Below, piece after piece: positions 42,159 to 50,375 of a DNA stretch of 64,000 nucleotides (position 1 is its first letter; each line of letters starts with the position of its first letter). The DNA is taken from the IMG/VR virus record IMGVR_UViG_3300035498_000530, positions 96,001 to 160,000 of that record, one strand, 5' to 3'. A program made the position numbers and the translations under genes. Source of the DNA: a virus. Lineage: Duplodnaviria > Caudoviricetes. The notes beneath the pieces were generated by a model that saw only the letters and a list, made by a program, of their open reading frames with translations, did not search any database and had not been told where the DNA came from.

Positions 42159-43052
42159 TCATATTGAATTTATTATACCGCCGTCAGTGTAACAACAAAC
42201 ATATACAGCACCAGTACTATCTTTAATAAGATTATAATCTCTCTGTATTTTATCAAGATCAATTGTTTGATCATATTTTATAAATAGAGGATTGATCATT
42301 TTCTTATTAATGATATTCTGAATAGTTATTGCTATATTGTTTGGAACTATATGATCTTCTGTTATGATCTCTTCGTCTATCGTTATAATATTAAACGCTT
42401 CTAAGAAATCACTATAAAAATCATTAGATAGTAATAAGTCTTTTAACTTTTTAACTTTTCCTGTAATGGAATCATTTTTAAAGTTAAACTCATACAAATT
42501 CTCCAAAGCATCATCAAACTTAGAAGACTGTATAAATTTCAATATAGTATCAATCGAATCATCCAAGTATATAGATATGGTCTTATTATATCTCGGAGGA
42601 TCCGTATATACTAATACATCTTTGATTTCTATTCCTTTAGGACAATTATTCCTATTAATAGAAAGTCCTACTTTAGTAGTTCCATCATTATAGAATGCAT
42701 TTGCAAATAGATCTGATATTTGCTGCCTGCAAACTACAAAAGGAACATAGTTACCAGTTTCTACAACATCACTGTGTCTAACCAAAGTAACAATGACATC
42801 ATCTAAACCATACATTCCTACTATACTACAAGTTATATATCCATCTGGTATTAATCTTGTGTATTTCATGAATTCATCTCTGCTAAGTTTTACTTCGTTA
42901 AAATCATCATCATATAATATATAGGTATCCATATTTCTTATCCTTAACAGTCTAAGAATTTCAACTTCTACATTATCTGGATCTGAATTAATCACCTTAT
43001 AAAACTTTGCTCCGATATGTTGAATATCAGAAGTTCTTTGTTTCGTTTTCAT
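42159..43052 (-). CDS. Hypothetical protein
   Basis: Likely start ATG 43052 (MKTKQRTSD) after GGGGTGA, just past the dcd stop. Confidence 0.65.
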   Translation of the reverse strand: MKTKQRTSDIQHIGAKFYKVINSDPDNVEVEILRLLRIRNMDTYILYDDDFNEVKLSRDEFMKYTRLIPDGYITCSIVGMYGLDDVIVTLVRHSDVVETGNYVPFVVCRQQISDLFANAFYNDGTTKVGLSINRNNCPKGIEIKDVLVYTDPPRYNKTISIYLDDSIDTILKFIQSSKFDDALENLYEFNFKNDSITGKVKKLKDLLLSNDFYSDFLEAFNIITIDEEIITEDHIVPNNIAITIQNIINKKMINPLFIKYDQTIDLDKIQRDYNLIKDSTGAVYVCCYTDGGIINSI

Positions 43053-43056
43053 TTTA

Positions 43057-43611
43057 TCACCCCAATTCTTTATACATTTTTGATGTCTGTGGTAAGTATT
43101 GGTTATTGTACTTACCTGAATATAATATGTTTTCAGAATCGGTTTTACCATCTGCCATTACAGGTTCAAAGAAATATATTTGACATATTTCTATATCTGG
43201 ATAAATGATTACTGGAGTTACCACGAAGATTTCAAGCGTCCATCTTCCATCAAATCCAATATCTCCAAATCCTGCTGTAACATGAACATTTATACCAAGT
43301 CTTCCTATAGAAGATCTTCCTGAAATACAAGGTATGTATTTATCAGTATGAGTTCTTTCTATAGTTGAAGCTATATAAAGGTGTCCTGGTTCGAGTAATA
43401 ATCCTTCTTCTGGAATTATGATTTCATTATAATTGTCTAGAGACTTAGAATTCTTCATATCCAATACAGAGTCAGGATTATATACTTTCATATGATTATC
43501 TAATCTTAAGTTATAACTATTAGGGTTTAATCTTTTAATATCAAACTCATCAATAGTTATATTTCCGTTATCTACTTCTTGTAGAATCTTATTATATGTA
43601 AGCATTACCAC
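43057..43611 (-). CDS. dcd: dCTP deaminase
   Basis: NPNSYNLRL, GRSSIGRLG, AGFGDIGFDG, TLEI, ICQI and YSGKY motifs. Start is GTG 43611 or ATG 43605. Confidence 0.9.
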   Translation of the reverse strand: MVMLTYNKILQEVDNGNITIDEFDIKRLNPNSYNLRLDNHMKVYNPDSVLDMKNSKSLDNYNEIIIPEEGLLLEPGHLYIASTIERTHTDKYIPCISGRSSIGRLGINVHVTAGFGDIGFDGRWTLEIFVVTPVIIYPDIEICQIYFFEPVMADGKTDSENILYSGKYNNQYLPQTSKMYKELG

Positions 43612-43985
43612 ATATTGTCCTTTCTATCTAATTTTATAGGTTGATGAGCCATTATTATAATTTGTGCCATGGTATCATCTTCCTCTATATCATCTTTAAC
43701 AAGAACTGTTAAACCATGAGCTCTATCATCTGGAGTGGTTACATCTTGTCCTGCATCGTACTCTCCACCGGATTCTTCTTTACCATCTCCAACAGATCCA
43801 ATATATACAGTATTAGGATCTAATACACATGGAAGTTCTACTTCTATTGTTTTAGTTGTTTTTCTTTCAAGATCTTCTTTTTGACCCTCTTTATAGCTAT
43901 CTACTTTATGAGAAGCATGAAGCATAGGGTTATGAGGATCTCTTACATCATATCTTGAAAGTGATCTAAGTTCAGTAAATGACAT
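43605..43985 (-). CDS. Possible degenerate dCTP-deaminase-fold protein
   Basis: YDVR / VLDPNTVYIGS / HGLTVLV / IIIMAHQPIKL align by eye, collinearly, with dcd. Catalytic motifs are absent. Confidence 0.45.
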   Translation of the reverse strand: MSFTELRSLSRYDVRDPHNPMLHASHKVDSYKEGQKEDLERKTTKTIEVELPCVLDPNTVYIGSVGDGKEESGGEYDAGQDVTTPDDRAHGLTVLVKDDIEEDDTMAQIIIMAHQPIKLDRKDNMW

Positions 43986-44117
43986 AATTTTACCTCCTTA
44001 TATAGTCTATTGTTATAATTTATAGTTTGTAATTTTGTAAATTATAATACAAATAAGAACTTTATAGTAAGGCCTATTTGGGCTGAATATTTACTCAAAA
44101 AAGGGAGGACACCTAGA

Positions 44118-44690
44118 ATGGAGAAAATCAAAAGAAGTTTTAGAAGACTTAATTACGATGTACTTAAGACTTCAAAGGAAAAGAACAATGCAAAGAAAGT
44201 TCTTAATGCATTAGCTGAAGGTGTAGATTATGTTATCTATAATACTCGCAGTGATATTGCTTATATTGTAGATAACTATAAAGTTATTGGTAAGATGAGC
44301 AAGTCCGATCTATATCGCATTACTAAATCTTCATTCAAATCAACTTTAAGAAATCGTCTTACTTTTGTAGACTTAGATGATAAAGAAATCAAAGACTATG
44401 TATCAGATTTGAAAGAGATGGCAGCAGTAGAAGATACAGAAGAAAAGTGTACTTGTAACTGCTGTAGTTGTGAAGATTTCAGTTGCGTTACGGATGATGA
44501 TTGCTTAGAAGAATTATACGTTTCAGATGCATCAAATATTCTTGCTAGAGTATCAGAATCTGTAATTAAGCAGATTAAAGAAGGCAAAGCAGAAATTAGT
44601 GAACTTGGTAGTGGTAATATAAATGTAGAAATTCCTATAACAGTATTGTTTACAAAAGTAAAGGATAAATGTATTTGTATTATTAAATAA
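44118..44690 (+). CDS. Hypothetical protein with Cys cluster
   Basis: GGAGG RBS; CTCNCCSC..C..C patch; AACT-N6-TA at 44058. Confidence 0.65.
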   Translation: MEKIKRSFRRLNYDVLKTSKEKNNAKKVLNALAEGVDYVIYNTRSDIAYIVDNYKVIGKMSKSDLYRITKSSFKSTLRNRLTFVDLDDKEIKDYVSDLKEMAAVEDTEEKCTCNCCSCEDFSCVTDDDCLEELYVSDASNILARVSESVIKQIKEGKAEISELGSGNINVEIPITVLFTKVKDKCICIIK

Positions 44691-44698
44691 CAAAATAT

Positions 44699-44726
44699 TC
44701 CCGTATGGATTAAGTTCCATACGGGA
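44699..44726. terminator. Bidirectional terminator
   Basis: tcccgtatgga-ttaagt-tccatacggga between convergent genes. Confidence 0.85.
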
Positions 44727-44733
44727 TTCTTAT

Positions 44734-47616
44734 TTAAATTTTAGGACTTATTATATTGTATATAGTATTGATAGTCATCTGTACTGTATTTCTATCAATC
44801 TTAGTTTCATATATATTAAACTCACTATCTTCAAAGTATTTTCCAAATACAAATTCTGGGTCTTTTTCTTGAATAAATTTAAGATATTTAGAGAAATCAT
44901 TTAATATCTTTGCTCTAGCTTTATTATATTCATTTCTAGAAGATGATCTAGATTTGAGTTTATTTTCTATAGAAAGATTTAAGAACCATAACTTTATAAG
45001 TTCATACTTCATACTCTCTATATTACCACTCTTTTCAGCAGCTAATAATATCTTATGAGATCTAGCATATTCAGTTTCAAAATCAGAAGGATTCATTTTA
45101 CCAATTTTTCTTATAAGTAAATCTCCTTCATCATTGATTCTTATTGGTAAACTTCTAGCTTCTTCTACACTAGATTCTGAAGCTAATCCGATAGAATCAT
45201 GCATAATATTAAGTCTTTTTAATATTATCTTTGGGTCATAATCTTTAATCTTTCCTTGGAATACATTATAGCACTTATCATTAAATGTAGCACTATCATA
45301 CAAATCCCCAGGAACAGTTATACCAGATTCTTTCTTATTAAAGTGTATACCTCCGCCAAGTTTAAGAAGACTGTCTACAAACTGAGAGCATATCATCTGG
45401 TAATCTATATTTAAAGCTTTATGGAATGGTAATGCAAGTATCTGAGAAAATGAGTATTTAGATTTACTCTTATTCTTCTTAAAATCATTTACCATCTTTA
45501 CACATTTCTTCTTGATCTGATCAGATACAAATACAACAAATACTGCTATATTGCAATCTTTATCATATCCTTCTATAGATTCTATACTGAATCCACTTTG
45601 ACCATGATAATTTGCATTAAAACTAAATAATTCTTTCAAGTCACTTGAAAATCCAACAGCAGCATGAGAGAAATCACTATTAGTAACTTTCTTAATTGCC
45701 TTAGACAATAATGATTTATTTCCAATAAGAGTTATGTATATTGGATTGCAGTTATCATCTATTTTCTCTACTTCTCCTTTTTCTGAAATGTCTATCACTT
45801 TTATCATCCTACTATTTATGTATTTTTTAATTCTTGATGATGATAATTCTCTATTAGAGCTATCAAACTCCAACATAGGATTCCATCCAATTGATATCAT
45901 TTGTTCTTTGATTTTATTTGATTCTTCTATATTATTAGTCATTGAGCATATATCTAATTTATTTTGAAGATGGTTCATAGTCTGCACCCATTTATTATAC
46001 AGTCCTTTAAAATCTTCAGTATATATACCGTTATATAAAGCATTATAAGATTTATACCAATCTTCAGAAAATCCATCATATAAATCTTCTTCTGTATTAT
46101 ATAATCTGTTTCCTTCACCATCATAATAACCAAAGTCTATTAATTCTTCTGGTCTGAAGAATGGTAATTCCATATTACTTATTAATGAACTTCCTGGGTC
46201 TAGAATACTATCTATAGAAAGATTTTCATCAAAGAATGATTTTACCTTTCCAAGCATAAGTATATCATCTTTAGGAATATCTTCTATATCGTCATAAGAT
46301 TTAGTTCTAAATCCAGTTATATTATTCTTACAGAAAAATCCATTAAGATCAGAAAGTATATCACTTTCATCTGATAATATATTAGATTCTCTTAAGAAAT
46401 CTCTGTATATAGAACCTTCAATATCACATACAGGAACTTCGAAGTTTTCATTCATAAGCTTCTTATATTCTTCGAATATAGTAGATTCTATTATAGATTT
46501 CTTTGAATCTAAACTATTAAAGTTTACACTTTCAAATTTAGGATCATAATCTATCTGGTCATTACAGAGCATCTCATTGCCAGATAATATTTCATACATA
46601 TTCTTATTACCATTAGGACTAAGACAATACTCATATATAGCATTTATATCTTTTTCTTTATATGTATGAACTTTAATATTTTTATTCTTTAATATTTCTG
46701 GGAATTTGCTTACTTCTAGTTTATTATTATGCATTCTCATTATAGTATCTAAAGAATTATTTGTTATAGCAAACTCTGGTTCTTCATAAGAATTATCTGG
46801 CATTATTGTAAGCATACAAGCACCATTTTTAAATTCACCGTAAGCAGCATCTTCATTTACTCTAACTACTTTACTACTATCACCATCTAATATATTCATT
46901 TTAAGCTCAGCTAATACTTCTAATAGCTGGGCAAAATTATTATTAGTAAGTCTAAGATAGTTATACTTTCCTTGATTAGTAACCATCTCTTCTTTAGCTA
47001 CAGTCTTTTCCCTATATTCTTCCATCTCTCTATTATTAGGATTATCTCCACCATCTTTACATTCAATGATAAGATTATAAGGTATATAGAATATATCTGT
47101 TATATACTTTTTAATCTGACCTTTGAATTTATATTCTAATATAGGACCAGGAGTTATAATATCATAACTTCTTGCTCCTATAACTTTATCGAAGAATTCA
47201 AGACACTTCTTTTCATATTGACCTGTATAAGTATGCTTACCACCATCAGAGAACTTATATTCTCCAGATATTTTTCTATTAGCAAGCATTTTCTCTTGAT
47301 GCATAGGATCATTAAGAAGTGTACTAGTTCCATATACTTTTATATGATTCTTTAATGCTTTATCTCTTAATGCTTTTGTGCATTCTGGTTTTCCACAAAG
47401 TCTATTATATTTACCAGTCTTTTCATTCCAACTGGTTTCAGATTTACATACAACGCACGTACCGTGATTCTTATTATTTACTAAATCAAATACTACTCTT
47501 GTAGGAGTATAATCTTGTGGTATTTCTTGTTCATGTTTCTTTTCAATATGACTTATAAGCTTATACCTATCAAGTTTCTTATCACAATATGGGCATTTAT
47601 AATTTTTATCTGCCAT
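44734..47616 (-). CDS. Multidomain protein: C2H2/CxxC zinc fingers + PD-(D/E)xK (TnsA/gp4-like) nuclease + permuted papain-like (NlpC/P60) domain
   Basis: CPYC..HIEKKH; CVVC..C..C; YE..F.D..Y..YITD....IIECKD; FSHAAV..YS..MICSQFV (His before Cys). Confidence 0.65.
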   Translation of the reverse strand: MADKNYKCPYCDKKLDRYKLISHIEKKHEQEIPQDYTPTRVVFDLVNNKNHGTCVVCKSETSWNEKTGKYNRLCGKPECTKALRDKALKNHIKVYGTSTLLNDPMHQEKMLANRKISGEYKFSDGGKHTYTGQYEKKCLEFFDKVIGARSYDIITPGPILEYKFKGQIKKYITDIFYIPYNLIIECKDGGDNPNNREMEEYREKTVAKEEMVTNQGKYNYLRLTNNNFAQLLEVLAELKMNILDGDSSKVVRVNEDAAYGEFKNGACMLTIMPDNSYEEPEFAITNNSLDTIMRMHNNKLEVSKFPEILKNKNIKVHTYKEKDINAIYEYCLSPNGNKNMYEILSGNEMLCNDQIDYDPKFESVNFNSLDSKKSIIESTIFEEYKKLMNENFEVPVCDIEGSIYRDFLRESNILSDESDILSDLNGFFCKNNITGFRTKSYDDIEDIPKDDILMLGKVKSFFDENLSIDSILDPGSSLISNMELPFFRPEELIDFGYYDGEGNRLYNTEEDLYDGFSEDWYKSYNALYNGIYTEDFKGLYNKWVQTMNHLQNKLDICSMTNNIEESNKIKEQMISIGWNPMLEFDSSNRELSSSRIKKYINSRMIKVIDISEKGEVEKIDDNCNPIYITLIGNKSLLSKAIKKVTNSDFSHAAVGFSSDLKELFSFNANYHGQSGFSIESIEGYDKDCNIAVFVVFVSDQIKKKCVKMVNDFKKNKSKSKYSFSQILALPFHKALNIDYQMICSQFVDSLLKLGGGIHFNKKESGITVPGDLYDSATFNDKCYNVFQGKIKDYDPKIILKRLNIMHDSIGLASESSVEEARSLPIRINDEGDLLIRKIGKMNPSDFETEYARSHKILLAAEKSGNIESMKYELIKLWFLNLSIENKLKSRSSSRNEYNKARAKILNDFSKYLKFIQEKDPEFVFGKYFEDSEFNIYETKIDRNTVQMTINTIYNIISPKI

Positions 47617-47736
47617 ATATTATTTACCTCCTTTTAATCTCAATTACAAGTATGTTGACTGATCTAGGATTTCTCATTTTGTCGTAAAAAATTACATCTA
47701 TAACTTTATATTAAATAATCAAAGGAGGGAGTCAAA

Positions 47737-48108
47737 ATGTCGTCTACCCTTAAAGAATATTTATTTACAACCAACAAGAAGTTTCAGCCAGAAGTATTGG
47801 AAGATAAAGATGCTAAATATGTATTAATTATCAGATTAATATTATTAGAGCCTGGAACTATACAAACTCATCCAGAAATGGGTGTTGGTCTAATATCTAA
47901 ATGGAGATATTCAGACCAAGATGATCTATTAAATTTACAAACAGAAATCAGAAAACAGATGGCAAAATATTTACCATTAGAGTTACAGACAGCTTCTGTA
48001 TCTATATCATATGCAGATAAACAGCTGCTGCTTAACATAACTGTGGATGGTGAAACCAAATCTGTTTCTGTTTCAGATAATGGTAGTTATACATTATCTG
48101 ATCTATAA
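47737..48108 (+). CDS. gp25-like baseplate wedge subunit
   Basis: LILLEPGTIQTHPEMGVGL matches the gp25 L..pGe..hP.fG..L pattern; 123 aa. Confidence 0.65.
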   Translation: MSSTLKEYLFTTNKKFQPEVLEDKDAKYVLIIRLILLEPGTIQTHPEMGVGLISKWRYSDQDDLLNLQTEIRKQMAKYLPLELQTASVSISYADKQLLLNITVDGETKSVSVSDNGSYTLSDL

Positions 48109-48129
48109 TATTTTAAGGAGGAAATTTAA

Positions 48130-49800
48130 ATGGATTTAAAAACATTGCAAAATGAAAAAGAGACAGAAAAGCCAGAAGTTGGCCTCACACCAGCAACTGA
48201 AGAAGTTGTTAAAAATGATAAAGTTAAAGTTGTAAATGCAACGGATATTCTCCCAGCAAGAGAGCACATTCCAGAAAATCAAGAATTCATTGATGGTCTT
48301 ATGAATGATCTTGATAAAGCTGCTGAATTTAAAATTAATGAAATTGAAGAAATTCATAGAGATAATTATCAAAAAGCTCAGGAATTAGAGCTTGCTAAGA
48401 ATGATGAATACGTATCAGAATTAGAAGAAGATGATGGTTATGATCTTAATGATATGACAGGAACACCAGAACAGAAACCAATTCAGGTTAATAAAGATAA
48501 TGTTGTTGAAGAAGCTCCAGTTAAAAAAGAAGTTGTTGAACCTACGCCTTCTAAGCAGCCAACTACAGAGCCTCAGACATTTTCTAATAAAGAATTATTG
48601 GAACCTGATGTTAATACAGCTGAATTAGTTCCAGATGTAAATGATATTCCTACATCAAACGTATTCAATATTGATCTTGATGATGAAGATCTTTATGATG
48701 ACGATGATGATGAAGAAATTAAAGAGGCTGATAATATTGATAGTACACCATCTACAGATACTTCAACAAATCAGGAAGATGATTATGCTGTTCTTAAGAA
48801 TGAAATTAAGAGAACACTTGTAGATTCATCTTCTGGTTTGGATCTTGCTGAATTCACAATTCAGACTAAAGCTATTTCAGCATCTAAAGTTCTTAATTTC
48901 TCAAAGAATCAGGCTAAACTTAAGAGTTCTGATTGGGGTCTTTTCAATTCAAGAAAGCCTATAACTCTTACTGCACTTTCTGGTTCTGAAGTTGAGAAGT
49001 TCAATCCTAACCAGGATAGTAGAAACGCTCTTCAGGCTTATAAAGAAATGTATGGTATTATTTATAACCATCTTCTTGATGAGAATAAGCCAAAGAGTTT
49101 GGAAGAATGGGTTAAGACAATTTATTTCCATGATAATGAACATCTTATGTTTGCAGTATATAAGGCTTGCTTCGAAGGTAAGAACATCGTTCCTTATAGC
49201 TGTTCGAATCCTAACTGTAGTAAGAGTCTCTTCATGGAAAATGTAAAGATAGAAGATATGGTTAAGTATTCTAGCGATGAAGCTAAAGAAAGAGCTCGTC
49301 AGATTATCGCAAAGTGCGAAGTTAATCCTAATGCTGAATATGAATCTAAGCTTGTTGCTATTAATACAAACTATGCTATATCATTCAGACCGCCAACAGT
49401 ATATGCTGTTATGTTTGAATCATTGTCTCTCGATAGACAGACAAGAGAAAAGTACGCTGATGTTCTTTCTGTATTGAGTTATATTGATAATATATTCTGG
49501 ATTGATACTATCAATAAGAGACTTATTCCAGTAAGCACAAAGCCAGATCCGCTTGATCTTACAAAGACTGTAAAGCGTAAGATTAAAGTATACTCAGATA
49601 TTATTAATACATTTACATCAGATGAATATAATAAGATCATCGTTACAATGACTAATATTAATAATGCAGCAGATGATATTTCTTATGTTATTCCTGAAAC
49701 TCACTGTCCTGAATGTGGTGCTTTGATTGCCGAAACAGCGGTTGATCCGTTATCAATGGTTTTCGAAAGGCATCAGTACGTGGTGGTGAGGGACTTATAA
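48130..49800 (+). CDS. Putative tail/baseplate-hub assembly chaperone (T4 gp26-like) with acidic disordered N-terminus
   Basis: Acidic low-complexity first ~220 aa, CSNPNC and CPECG zinc knuckles, adjacent to the gp25-like gene. Confidence 0.5.
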   Translation: MDLKTLQNEKETEKPEVGLTPATEEVVKNDKVKVVNATDILPAREHIPENQEFIDGLMNDLDKAAEFKINEIEEIHRDNYQKAQELELAKNDEYVSELEEDDGYDLNDMTGTPEQKPIQVNKDNVVEEAPVKKEVVEPTPSKQPTTEPQTFSNKELLEPDVNTAELVPDVNDIPTSNVFNIDLDDEDLYDDDDDEEIKEADNIDSTPSTDTSTNQEDDYAVLKNEIKRTLVDSSSGLDLAEFTIQTKAISASKVLNFSKNQAKLKSSDWGLFNSRKPITLTALSGSEVEKFNPNQDSRNALQAYKEMYGIIYNHLLDENKPKSLEEWVKTIYFHDNEHLMFAVYKACFEGKNIVPYSCSNPNCSKSLFMENVKIEDMVKYSSDEAKERARQIIAKCEVNPNAEYESKLVAINTNYAISFRPPTVYAVMFESLSLDRQTREKYADVLSVLSYIDNIFWIDTINKRLIPVSTKPDPLDLTKTVKRKIKVYSDIINTFTSDEYNKIIVTMTNINNAADDISYVIPETHCPECGALIAETAVDPLSMVFERHQYVVVRDL

Positions 49801-49988
49801 TTCCAATATTGGAAATTATAGAAGGATATAGAGGAAAAACCACTATAGGTGAAATGTTTGAGATGAATATTGGAGATATAGACTATCTATATTATCGAAT
49901 GTATCTTAAAGCTCAAACAGAAGCAGGCAGAAAAGAATTGCAAAATCGATCTCTACAATATGAGATGGAAGATGCAAATTTGATGTGA
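49746..49988 (+). CDS. Unannotated -1 frame ORF, probable frameshift extension of the upstream chaperone
   Basis: Open -1 frame 49746-49988 overlapping the slippery G GTT TTC (49758-49764). No well-spaced RBS/ATG pair of its own. Confidence 0.55.
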   Translation, partial: SVINGFRKASVRGGEGLIIPILEIIEGYRGKTTIGEMFEMNIGDIDYLYYRMYLKAQTEAGRKELQNRSLQYEMEDANLM

Positions 49989-50004
49989 TTGGAGGATTTT
50001 TGAG

Positions 50005-50316
50005 TTGAATATGAATGTAATAGACTTCACCAAATCAATATCATATGATAACTTTGATGAAGATTTATATACTCTTTTCGATGAGAATTTGATACTATAT
50101 CGACTTATGAATGGCGTCTCAGGAGTTAATATATCCTCTAAGCATAATGCTAACGGTGCCTTATATCACATATCCGTATCTGATGCGAGACATACTGTAT
50201 TTGAAATAGCCCAATATATAAAACTATCATTAATGAGTATGTATAGCGGGAAATACAATATAGATGTAAGTTACGAAGGAAATACAATAACTGTCATCTT
50301 TGGTGACAAAAAATAA
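50005..50316 (+). CDS. Hypothetical protein
   Basis: GGAGG 9 nt before the TTG start. Confidence 0.6.
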   Translation: MNMNVIDFTKSISYDNFDEDLYTLFDENLILYRLMNGVSGVNISSKHNANGALYHISVSDARHTVFEIAQYIKLSLMSMYSGKYNIDVSYEGNTITVIFGDKK

Positions 50317-50352
50317 CAATAGTGTAGAAAGAGGAATATTCCTCTTTCTACA
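50315..50352 (+). promoter_or_regulatory. Late promoter AACA-ATAGTG-TA overlapping a terminator-like hairpin
   Basis: Motif at 50315-50326; stem tgtagaaagagga..tcctctttctaca at 50323-50352. Confidence 0.65.
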
Positions 50353-50375
50353 TTTTATTAAATAAATTTAAAGGA

